A stretch of DNA of 50,636 nt, the filler included, from Jimgerdemannia flammicorona (taxonomy: Eukaryota): assembly GCA_003990765.1 (NCBI GenBank). It is 2 parts of 2 records of this genome, joined end to end, with 100 filler letters (N's around TTAATTAATTAA, not from the genome) between each part and the next. Parts side by side here need not be neighbours in the genome. Positions count along the whole stretch, not along the records: positions 1 to 25,269 come from RBNJ01000858.1; positions 25,370 to 50,636 come from RBNJ01000859.1. One strand, written 5' to 3'. Each line of letters starts with the position of its first letter. Positions within the stretch are counted from its first letter, which is position 1. The notes under the pieces are model-generated. The model ran no database searches. It was not told the DNA's origin and saw only the letters and a program-made list of their open reading frames with translations. A program made the translations under genes and the position numbers. Shown one piece after another: positions 23,846 to 34,683 of the stretch.

Positions 23846-24360
23846 ATATCTGAGTTATCCAAGTTATCTAAGTTATCTGAGTTATTCAATATTTCCAGAA
23901 GCTTGCTGATTTAGGAGAATCTCACCAAATTGAGTTATCTGCCAAATCTATACAAGGAATATCACTAAGATCATCCTGTTAGAAATTGCATACTTTTGGA
24001 GATCATTGCACTACACAGAGATTGTCATGCAGAAATCACATAAGGAATCCACTCATGTCATATATAAATTGCTGCCAAGAACCCATCCCAATAAGGAAAT
24101 CAACCATTATATCCAGATTGACTATTATACCACTAAACACCAAGGACCTCAGGAATTATAGGAACATTTTGTTGCTTTTTGACAAAGTAATTGGGGGCTC
24201 AAGCCAAACTACATCAACCCCCAGCCTTGTAATTTGCCTCTATTGAGCTGGGCACGTTACAGTATATGTGATGTGGTTTTATGCTGCCAGTAGATAAATA
24301 ACCCTTTGCTCGCAATGGCATCGGCAATTTGTCAATCTCTCTTTATAGTACCTAATACCA

Positions 24361-24687
24361 CTATCATTCAGCCCGAAATGGTCTTAGTCTGCAAGACGAC
24401 GTCGTCACTCTCCTTACAGACCCAATGTACCATGACCTAACCAACATTGTGATTGAATAACCGGGATACCTCCATCCTCTAAGAAACCGGCGAACGCCTT
24501 GAAATTGGTTTCGCAGCATTACAACCAAATTGGCTCGTACCGAACGGCGGAGACAATTTCTTTGTGGCTTTTCCATACAGATGGTTCAAAAATAGCTAGG
24601 GATAATTGGAGGATCTATGGCTTCGTACGGCCATGCTCTCAAATCCGGAGATGTTGTCACTTTCCCTCTGGACATAGGTGAGTCCTG
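24361..24687 (+). pseudogene. BTB-SPRY copy 4 remnant with two large internal deletions
   Basis: LSLQDDVVTLLTDP.YHDLT is joined directly to SPRY sequence (NIVIE..., most like copy 1), then jumps from LDIGE into the 3' flank. The duplicated 3' flank continues to ~25190. Confidence 0.85.
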
Positions 24688-25269
24688 TTAGTGAGATGGC
24701 TACATATCCATTATTCTTGGTTCTATTTCTGAAAACAAAAATCAGGAAGGTGTCGCGCGCACTTTGTTGGCAACCTCCGATGGCGAAGCCGACATTTTGC
24801 ACACAGCCGTCCTATTGGCCATGCGCACGTCCTTGTGGTCATTCATTGTCGTCGTTTCTTTTGCTTCGTTCCTTTTGTTTATTCCCTTTGCTTGTTTGGC
24901 GTCGTGCAATGTCCTTTTTGTCTGTTTTGGTGTTGCGAAGTCTCAACAACATGGAATTTCAAAACAAATGATGATATGCCTACTGCCGATCCGTGTACTT
25001 GTGCCACTAGATAATTAGCTTTTGAAATATTAAATAAACATCCCTCAAATATTTTTGGTACACTTTAGTTGACTCTTTAGTGGAAATACCAAAGAACTAC
25101 GAATTATTCAGGAACAAGCTTTTTTAAAAAAAAATACATCATATCTCAGAAGATCAAAAAGAGATACAAAGAGCAACAAGATTCCATATCAAACCTGCAT
25201 GGTTCTGTATGTACAAGAGGCTAACATGTTTAAATCAAGTGACTGCACGGCAAACATTGAGATAAAAAA

Positions 25270-25369
25270 NNNNNNNNNNNNNNNNNNNNNNNNNNNNNNN
25301 NNNNNNNNNNNNNTTAATTAATTAANNNNNNNNNNNNNNNNNNNNNNNNNNNNNNNNNNNNNNNNNNNN
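25270..25369. other. Assembly gap or artificial contig linker
   Basis: 100-nt N run containing TTAATTAATTAA (25314-25325), which places stops in all six frames. Confidence 0.95.
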
Positions 25370-27260
25370 CCCCCCCCCTACCCTTTCCCAATGAAAGACC
25401 ACTTTGTCTAACACAATCTCCACCCTTCCACAGATCCTTGCTACCAAACTGTGATGTCACCCACCCTGAGGACCCCAACCCACCCACCATCCAGTCAACA
25501 GATCCCCCAACAGCTCCTCCCACCATGAAACCTTCTCCCACAGCTCCATCTACTGCCCCTCCTCAAATACAAAAAGCCAATGTCCCACCAGTCCCACCTA
25601 CACTGCCAATACCCACCCTACAGTAAGCCAGCTATCCTCCACCCCACCCACTAGCTGAGATCTCAAGTCCTCCCAGCGGCCTCCCTCACCCACCAGCCTC
25701 CACCCCACACCCAGTCTATTCTCTATTTCTACCCAAAAGTCCCCCAAAACCTCACACTCTCCCAGCCAATGTTCCAGCATCTGCACAAGTCCTCTAGCTT
25801 GCCCTACATTGTAACACTCCTCACAATCATACTGGCCACCATCCACCAGATGCCCAGTATGAAAATTTAACATGACATTCCTCTGCAGCATTTACCACCA
25901 TACCACCCAGAACTTGGGAGGAAGCCACCTCTGTACCTCAGCACTCCAAGACCAGATACCTGCCCAGTCCCACTCCTTGCTGATCCCTGCCACCTGCCAG
26001 CCACTTGGCCAAAGATCCTGGCCAAGACCCTGCTGACACTCCACTCCATCCCCAAAATTAAATGTATCTAGCAGAGCACCCCCCAGGAGCAGTCTATCCC
26101 ATCACCACATATCAGGCCCCCACACTACCTCCCCCTCATTACCTTGCCAGCACAGACCAATGCAGTGTGCTCCATCTACCACCCCCTACCAAAAACTCTT
26201 AAACTGCAGCCACTGAGTTCCATTCAGCCTTACCAAAGAGAGCAGATCTCCAGAGGACCCTCAAGGGGAGGTCCTCATCTCCCACACCTTCTGCAGCAGT
26301 AGCACCCAACCTCCTCCCTGCAGTTCAGCAGCTCTCTTCAACCACCAGGCTTGCACACAGTGTAACCTCTTAGGAAAATCCACAAGGCCAAGACCTCCCC
26401 TGACCACTGGTGTTGCAAGCATATCCCAACTTATTGGAGACCTCCTCCCTGCCCGAATCCAATCTCTAGCCATCTTCACCAGCCTCTTCACTACCCAAGC
26501 TGGGAAGTCTAGGTGATAGGCCACGTACCACAGCTTGGAGAACCAGTATACATTCAGAATTGTCATCCACCTAGCCAGAGAGATATAGCAGCCTCTCCAA
26601 CTCTGAAGGGCCTCCCCCCAAATGGTCACCCTGCTCTCCCACCACACTCATGGCAAGACAGAACCATATACAGAAAGGAAGATGCCCTGATACTATACCA
26701 CCTCACCAGTAGGGACAATTGTTCCAAATATGTCTCCACCCACTAGTCTATTTCCAAGCACTAGCATCTCACACTTATGCCAGTTGAGCTTTGCCCCTAA
26801 GTGAGCCTCATACCATTCCACCGTCTCCTTAAGTGCCTTGACATCTGCTACAGACCCAAGTCCAACCATCATATCATCAGCAAAGGCCCCCACCTTCCAC
26901 ACTACACTATATATAAAGAGCCCTGCCACCTTCTGGCAAATTCTATCTATCAACAGCTCCAACAAAAGGGCATAGAGAATAGGAGACAGAGGGTCCCCCT
27001 GAGGAACTCTTCTATCCAAGGAGAATGCCAAACCTCTGTGGCCATTATACATCAGCACCACCCGACTGCTCTCTAGCAGCTTCAATATAGAAGCCCAAAA
27101 TCTTGGGGGAACACCTATTCAATCCAATACCTTGCCCAGCCAGACTCACTGAACATAGTCATAGGCCTTCTCCTGGTCCAAAAATACCAACCTCTCATCC
27201 AGTCTACAAGCCTGGGCCCCTTCAATGACACCATGCACTCATGCAGTCCCATCTCTTATA
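25370..27260 (-). mobile_element. LINE A, 3' part (degenerate ORF2 RT C-half and CCHC region)
   Basis: VPQGDPLSPILY, GAFADDM, GAKLNWHKC, CEEC..EHWLGEC. Continues at 34684 across the TSD GTCCCATCTCTTATA. Confidence 0.88.
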
Positions 27261-29369
27261 TTTTTTTTTTTTTTATAGTCTCTTGGACTGTCCTTTATTA
27301 CCGAAGTCTATAATGTTAACAATACGATATCTCCCCCACCCTCACCCAATACCCCAGGGACTCAACCCCTCTCCCTTAACCTCTCCCTGCCCTAGCACTA
27401 CCCAATTACCAACTACCCGAATCCTCCCACCACTCTTCCGAGATATACACTGCACCAGACCTCTGCAGTTCCCCCCACCCATACCCCAGCCTTGCCACCA
27501 GCTATTCAAAATGTCCAACAGCAATCATTCCCAATGGGCCACCTTGGCACTAACCCTGACTCGATGCCCTTCTTCAAAGACATGAACCCAGTGCCCAGCC
27601 AACCCAACCCACATAGCCAAATCCCAACCAAGGGTCAGCCATTCATCCCCAACCCCACCCACCAGTTGCCAGCAAAGCTCACCCCATCTCCCCCTTCTCT
27701 CTCCCTCAATAGCACCCAACTCCAACCGGTCCCTAATACATTTCCAGAACTCCTCCAAAACCTCACATTCGCTAAGCCAATGTTCAGGCATTTGTACCAC
27801 TCCTCCCTCCTGACCAACATTGAAACAATCCTCACACTCAAATACCCCACCAGCTACCAAGTGTCCCGACTGATAGTTCAACATCACATTCTACCATAGA
27901 ACCCACCACCACACCACCCAGAACTTAGGGGGCAGCCACTGCCTCACCCATTTGCTCCAATGCCAAAGGCCATTCCAATTCCACTCCTCACCAATTCCAA
28001 CCCTCTGCCAGGCTTCTGGCCACAGGTCTCCACCCAGGCCTTGCAGATACTCCAGACCCTCACCAAGCTGAAAGCTCTCCACCGGAATGCCACCCAGCAG
28101 AAGCCTGTCCCACCTCCACATCTGCAGGCCCCAAACCTCCTCAGCCTCATCACCTCGCCACCAAAGTCCAATTTTCTTAGCACCATCTACCACCCCCCAC
28201 CAAAAGCCCATAAACCGCATCCTCCTGCTCCCCTCCATGGCCACCATCATGAGCAAGTCACTGGAACCACCATGTGGGGAGTACTGAACCTCCCACAATC
28301 TCTGCATGAGTGGCACCCACTCCTGACACTAAAGCTCACTCACCCTTCTCAGCCACCAGACTCTCAGACAAAGAAGCCACTTAGTAAAGTCCACCAAGCC
28401 CAGCCCACCTTTTTCCAAGGGCAGTATGAGCACCTCCCAACCAACCTGGCTTTGCTGCCCTCCCCAGATCCATGACCTCGCCATCTTCAACAGCCTCTTG
28501 ACCACCCAGGGTGGGAAATCCAGATGATACCCAACATACCACAGCTTTGGCATCCAGTACACATTCAACACCATCACCCTTCTGGCTAGGGACATATGCC
28601 GGCCTCCCCAATGCAGCAAAACATTACCCCACTCCAGAAGTTTATGGTCCCACCATGCCCGGGGAAGAAGGGACCCAAACACTGAGAAGTAGATCTCCAA
28701 GTAATGCACCAGTTCACCAGCTGGTACCACTGTCCCAATGACATCACCGCCAACAATTCCAGCACCCAGCACCAGTGACTCACATTTGTGCCAGTTCAGC
28801 TTAGCACCAGAACCTCTCTCATACCATTCCACAGTCCTCTGCAACTCTCCCACATCCACCAAGAAGCCCAGCCTGACCACTATGTCATCAGCAAAGGCCC
28901 CCACCTTCCAATTAACCCCTAAAATGTCCAAAACTCCAATCTGATGCCGAATTCTGTCCAGAAGTGGCTCCAGGGAAAGGGCATACAAAATGGGTAACAA
29001 GGGGTCCCCTTGCGGAACCCCATGGCTCAGGGGAAAGGTCACTCCCCTATGGCCATTGATGACCAATGCTGCCTGACTATCCTCCAAGAGGCTGATCAAT
29101 GATCCTCAGAACCCCGGAGGGATACCAATCCGTTTCAGCACCCCCTCCAGCCATATTCTCCACACTCTATCATAAGCCTTTTCTTGGTCCAGAAATACCA
29201 ATCTACCATCCACCCCTGCCATCTGGGCATCTTCAATCACTCCATGAACCCAGGCTGTCCCATCTCAAATCAACTGACCACCAACAAACCCACACTGTTC
29301 CACACTAAGCACCTGTTGAGCAATACCTTGCAGCCTCATTACCAAAATTTTTGTCACCAGTTTGTGGTC

Positions 29370-29371
<2 letters not shown>

Positions 29372-29425
<54 letters not shown>

Positions 29426-31003
29426 ATATCCTTTTGCCTCATTTATTAACTATCTATAACATGCCACATATCCTCATATAACATCAGTAGCCCCATTTCA
29501 CCCCAATCTCAACTCACTCCTAGCCTTGTACCTTTAGGGTGTGAGTTGCGACCTCACTGGCCAAGTAACTAGATCCTCTTACCTGGCCTACCCCACCCAG
29601 TAGGTATGTGTTGTGAGCCCCAACCACCTCAAGTATTTGGCATCTAGTGCACCTGACCTACCCCTATTAGTACCTCCTGTCTTGCCCATCTAGCCTATCT
29701 TGCCCACCCATGTTGCCTGTGTTACCATCTTGCCATCTTGCCTGTCTTGCCTGCCCATGTTGCCCATGTTACCATCTTGCCATCTTGTCCATCTTGCCCA
29801 TCTTGCCCGTCTTGCCCATCTTGCCCATCTTGTCTGCCCATGTTGCCTATATTGCCTGTGTTGCCTGTGTTGCCCGTATTGCCTATATTGCCCGTTTTGC
29901 CCATCTTGCCCATGTTGCCTTTCTTGCCATCTGCCCATCTTGCCCATGTCACCCATCTTACCATCTTGTCTGTCTTGCCCATCTTGCCCATCTTGCCCAC
30001 CCATGGTGCCTGTGTTGCCCATGTTGCCCATGTTGTCCATGTTGCTCATGTTGCCTGATTGCCCATGTTGCCCATATTGCCCGCCTGTATTGCCCATATT
30101 GCCTTGCCTGCCCGTATTGCCCGTGTTGCCTGTGTTGCCCATTTTGCCTGTTTTGCCTGTTTTGCCCATTTTGCCCATATCGCCTGTCTTGCCCATTTTG
30201 CCTGTTTTGCCTATGTCACTTGTCTTGTCATCTGCCCATCTTGCCTATGTCGCCCATCTTGCCATCTTGCCATCTTGCCCATCTTGCCCATCTTGCCCGT
30301 CTAGCCTGTCTTGCCCATCTTGCCCATGTTGCCCTTCTTGTCATCTTGCCATCTTACCCGTCTTGCCCATCTTGCCTGTCTTGCCCATCTTGCCCATCTT
30401 GCCCACCCATGTTGCCCATCTTGCCCATCTTGCCCGCCCATGTTGCCCATGTTGCCCATATTGCCTGCCTGTGTTGCCCATGTTGCCTGTATTGCCTGTA
30501 TTGCCCATATTGCCTGCCTATGTTGCCTGTGTTGCCTGTGTTGCCTGTGTTGCCCGTTTTGCCCGTTTTGCCTGTTTTGCCCATCTTGTCCATGTTGCCT
30601 GTCTTGCCCTCTGCCCATCTTGCCCATGTCGCCCATCTTGCCATCTTGCCATCTTGTCCATCTTACCTGTCTTGCCCGTCTTGCCCATCTTGCCTGTCTT
30701 GCCCATCTGGCCCATATCGCTCATCTTGTTGTCTTGCTGTCTTGCCCATCTTGCCCGTCTTGCCCATCTTGCCTACCCATCTTGCCTGTCTTGCCTGTCT
30801 TGCCCATCTTGCCCATCTTGCCCATGTCGCCCATCTTGTTGTCTTGCTGTCTTGCCCATCTTGCCCATCTTGCCCATCTTACCCATCTTGCCTGCCCGTG
30901 TTGCCATGTTGCCCGTGTTGCCCGTATAATACCTTTTCTCCAAGTTGTGTCGAAAACCATTGCTTGAAGTTTGTGTAATGTGAATTGTACAGAAGAAAGG
31001 TGT
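29372..31003 (-). mobile_element. Element C: non-autonomous composite retrotransposon (LINE 5' UTR + VNTR + unique 3' region + poly(A))
   Basis: 16-bp TSD ACCAGTTTGYGGTCTA (29356-29371 and 31004-31019); 49-nt poly(A) at 29372-29420; AATAAA at 29447-29442. Positions 30930-30972 match the LINE A 5' UTR (38958-39000) at 39/43 nt. Confidence 0.88.
29678..30925. repeat. ~1.25 kb minisatellite of 9-bp (and 8-bp) units TTGCCCATC/TTGCCCATG/TTGCCTGTC/TTGCCATC with higher-order blocks
   Basis: Directly visible. Landmark CTGCCCATCTTGCCYATGTCRCCCATC recurs at ~29931, ~30232 and ~30611. Confidence 0.97.
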
Positions 31004-34000
31004 ACCAGTTTGCGGTCTATATCGAGAAGCATAATTGGCCACCAGTTCTTCCAGTCCTCTCTCCTTCCTTTATCCTTATAGAGCAAGGAGACTAGCCCTA
31101 AGCGCTGTCCCCCAATCCAAACACCAGACCGAAGAACTCCCTTGCACATAGCAGTCATTTTCTCTAGCACCTTGCCCACCCCAGTCATCTTCTGCCAAAA
31201 ATCCCAGGGAAGTCCATCTTCTCTCAGGGCTGTCCCCTTACTCGTTGAGGCCACCACCCTGCAAATTTCCTCACCACTCACTGGGTCCCCCAATGCCCCA
31301 AGTCCCAATTCAGGGTTCGGGTGCCAATCCTCCAGCTGCCTTTCAACATCTAGAGTATCCAATCCTCCTTCCTCCTCACTCCAAAGATTCCCCCACCGGG
31401 TTCGCAGTAGGCTCAGAATCACTGGAGTCCCCACCATCAGCTCACCATCTGCATCCAAAACTCCCTCCCACCGCTGCCTTGTTCGTTGTGCTTGTAACAA
31501 CCATGACAGTAACCTAGTAGGCCTCTCCCCCTCCTCAAGCCCCTGCCACCGCAGGTGGGCCACCATTCCCTGCAACTGCTCCTCCTCCTCCCTTCGTAGC
31601 ACCCCTTTAAGTTCCTCTACCTCCTGCTGGATCCTCACAATATGCCAATCAGTCACTTCCCCATCCTCCAGCACACCTGCCCATCTTTCCATGAGTGCTG
31701 CCAGATGCCATAAGGCCCACCATACCCACCGCCTTCGCTGGGTACATTTTTCTTTCCCAGCTTCCCTTCAATACCTCTGAGCATTTGCCTTCAGTCATCT
31801 GCAGCAGTCCCCAATCTCCAGTCCTTGTTCCTGCCACCTGCCTATATTACTCACCACCTCTGTTTCCCAACCCTCCCACAACACCCTATTCTCCAACAAG
31901 GAAGAATTAAGCTGCCAATGTCCAGGCCCATCCTCATTTCCCCCAAACCTCCCCCCTCCAAGTATCCCCCAGTGATCAGACCATGGACACCATACAACTT
32001 CCAGTCCTGACCAGACATCTGCTTCCCAACACTCTGCTGATAGAACCCAGTCAATCCTGGAGCCCAGCCCAACCACCCAGTGGGTGTACACCTGCCGATC
32101 CACCCAAAAATGCCTCCTCGAGTCCACCAGAGAACTCAACCTCTCCATCTCCAACCAGTCCCCCAACCCACCACTCTCACCCTGCATGCCTCTCCCCCCA
32201 TCAGTTCTGACCAACTTCTTATCAGATATCATGTTGAAGTCACCCCCCATACAGTCCAGGCAAACTCCTCCCAGTATACCAGCTTCTTTCAATTGGCAAA
32301 TCCAATCCACCCTCTCCCCTCTCTCAGCTGGGCAGTAACAAGACCCAACCATCAGCGGGCCCCATCCAGGCCTCTTCCACACTCCCTACACCACCCGAGA
32401 CCCCCAATGTCTAATGTCCCCAATGTCCCCCATCCCTTTCTGAATGAGAATACCCACTTTCCCCCTCCAAACTGCTGCACCCCCCCTTTCCTTAGTCCAA
32501 TCCTGTAAGTCCACCTCCACCTCATAATGGACATCCTGCAACAAGAAGAGGTCTGCATCCAGTCCCTTCAGCCAACCAAATATAAACTTCCTCCTAGCTG
32601 CCCCCCTTAACCCATTAATGTTCAATGAGAATATCCTAGTTGTACTGTTCATATTGAAGAAAAGTTGTAATAGAGACCCCAACCTATAATTCCATGCTCA
32701 TCTCATCCCCCACCAGATCCAAGTGCCACTCAGCTTCCAAGTCACCCTCCATATTATCCTGAGCATCCAGTGCCCCCAAGATTTCCTGACATTCCACCCT
32801 GTCCACTTCCTCCATATCCACCTGGTAGTCCAAGCAGACTGCATGCCACTTCTTCAGTCCCTTCCTCGAATTCCACAAGAGAAGTGCCCTGTCACTTGCA
32901 ATCCTCCTAAGTTCCTCCTCCCACTGATCATCAACTTGATATTCAACCGACTCCAGGAGGACAGCCAGGATCTCATTCCTCATCTTCCTTGGTACCTCCT
33001 CCCTCTGTAGGATCTCCTCCCAGTGCCTCTCCTCCATCACCCGGAAGTCCTCACCCCCCAGCTCTTCAGCCGCTATCCCCTCTAAGGTCTTCCACATCTA
33101 CTTCTCCTCATCCACTGCCTCTGCCGCCCCCTGAGTGATTTGTCCCACATCCACCTTGGGGTCCACCAGTGCGCTCCTCCTCACTGACCCATCCCACTCC
33201 TCATCTGGCACATCCATCAACTCCTCCTCCCCCTCTGCCCCATCCAGAACACTATACTGAGGGTGCACACCCTCACCCATATTGGCATCCACCTCCACAT
33301 TGCCCTCCCTCGCCACCTCCACTCCAATCTGAGCCCCACCCTGGGCCATCCCTCCCCCCTCAGCCCAGGCACTCTCCTGCAACCCCGCAACTCCTTCCCC
33401 TGAGCTTCCACCAGCCCTACCCCCACTCAACTTCACCAACAGCTCCTTCTGGATCTGCCTCTCCTGCATCTTCTCCCAGGCCCCCTTCTCCATCTGGACC
33501 CTCTTCCCATCCACCTCCCCCACCACTATCCTGGCCTCAAACTCCTTCCAGACCAACCTCCTCCTCATAACTGCCCCTTCCAGATCCTCCAGAGCCTCCA
33601 ACAGGTCCTCCTCCTCCTCCTAGGTCCCCTTCACCCTCGTGACCTTACACTCCACCAGTCCCCACCTCAATTCTGCTGGCCAGTCCCTCGACTTCCCTGT
33701 ATTCTCCTTCCGAGCCAGCCTCACCCTGACATCAACATCACCAGTACAAAGCTCCATTCCCTCCCAGACCTTGAACCCAACATCAACAATCTTGCTGTAC
33801 TCCTGGATTACTGCCACAACCAACTCTCTGGTCCTCTCCTACAATACAGTAGGGAGGTCCAACACTGTCAACTGCACCACTCGTGGGTCCCAGTGCATGC
33901 ACTGGGCCATAGGAACCACGACCCCACCAACCATCACCCCCTTCTCCATGGCTGCCAACAAGGTATCTTCCTCCTCAAACCCCACCTCAACCCCTTCCTT

Positions 34001-34683
34001 TCCTCTCAAAAACTTCACCAACACTGCTCACTTAGCCTCCTGCACCACCAGCCCCAAAATCATCCTTGCCGTCACTGCCAAGCCCTGGAAGCATATTGTG
34101 TCCACGAATTCTGACCTTGACTTCTTGAGTAATGGGGCCGACACCATGCCCATCACCCCATCCGCCAGGTCCCCAGGCCTTGTGCCCACGCCCAGTCCCG
34201 AATTGCCAACCACCATCACATCTGGATTTTTTGCCAGATCCCCAGTCACAGCCCCATCAACAGTCACATCTCCAGCCCCTACTCCTGCTCCTCCTCTGCT
34301 ACCTGAGACTCCCCTGGGCACACCTCTCTGTCCCCCAGCAGCAGCTGTCGACACCATCCCCAGGCCCAGCCAGCCATCCAGGCTTGAGGCCATCTTGCCC
34401 ATTCTGACCTTGTCAGCAAAGGTCGACCTCTCCCCTCCTCTCTGCCTCAGCCCTCCCCTCCCTCCACCACAAGTACCCCGGCTAGCCATCGAGGCCCCTG
34501 GCATCCCCAAACCATCTCCCCTCCTCCCCACCTGCTGCCAGCCAAAGGCGCCGTCACCCCCCTGCCCAGTACACTCACCAGTTCGATCATTGCCATCCAT
34601 GTTGCTAGTTGCTAAATACTGAAAATGTAGTAATAAGTGTAGTCAAAGTCTTGTGTCACCCGAATGTTACTGGTGAAAGTCCT

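Larger units (their letters stand above)
18134..24261 (+). mobile_element. Degenerate non-autonomous LTR retroelement (Ty3/gypsy-like ends) with two nested insertions in its 3' LTR
   Basis: Termini TGTGACG...CGTTACA; 4-bp TSD GTAT (18130-18133 and 24262-24265). 5' LTR 18134-19397; 3' LTR starts at 20476. The ~1.08 kb internal region begins TTTGGGAGCTC and ends GAGGACAGACCATCCTTTAGTGGAGG (PPT-like). No pol motifs seen. Strand inferred from the PPT position. Confidence 0.82.
27261..34683 (-). mobile_element. LINE B, full-length L1/Tx1-type element (ORF1 + APE-RT ORF2) nested in LINE A and containing element C
   Basis: Perfect 15-bp TSD GTCCCATCTCTTATA (27246-27260 and 34684-34698); poly(A) 27261-27274 with AATAAA. 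ORF1 runs from ATG 34600 to ~32684. ORF2 from MNSTTRIFSLNINGL (~32652) has LFLLQD, GGDFN, WSDH (APE), QGDP, AFADD (RT) and CEDC..H..C. Many premature stops. Confidence 0.93.

Noticed and set aside
25314..25325. TTAATTAATTAA palindrome
   Set aside because: Artificial linker inside the N gap, not biological.
29678..30925. CRISPR-like or telomeric array
   Set aside because: No unique spacers and no cas genes in a eukaryotic context. The array is internal, heterogeneous and enclosed in a TSD-flanked insert.
29700..30978. 409-aa and 422-aa Cys/Pro/Leu-rich plus-strand ORFs (metallothionein- or keratin-like appearance)
   Set aside because: They arise because the 9-bp unit lacks stops on that strand, are open in overlapping frames, and are antisense to the element's poly(A) orientation.
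30721..31692. 323-aa ORF fusing LINE ORF2 to the VNTR
   Set aside because: Chance read-through from a stop-free LINE B fragment across the insertion junction; upstream ORF2 is broken by stops.
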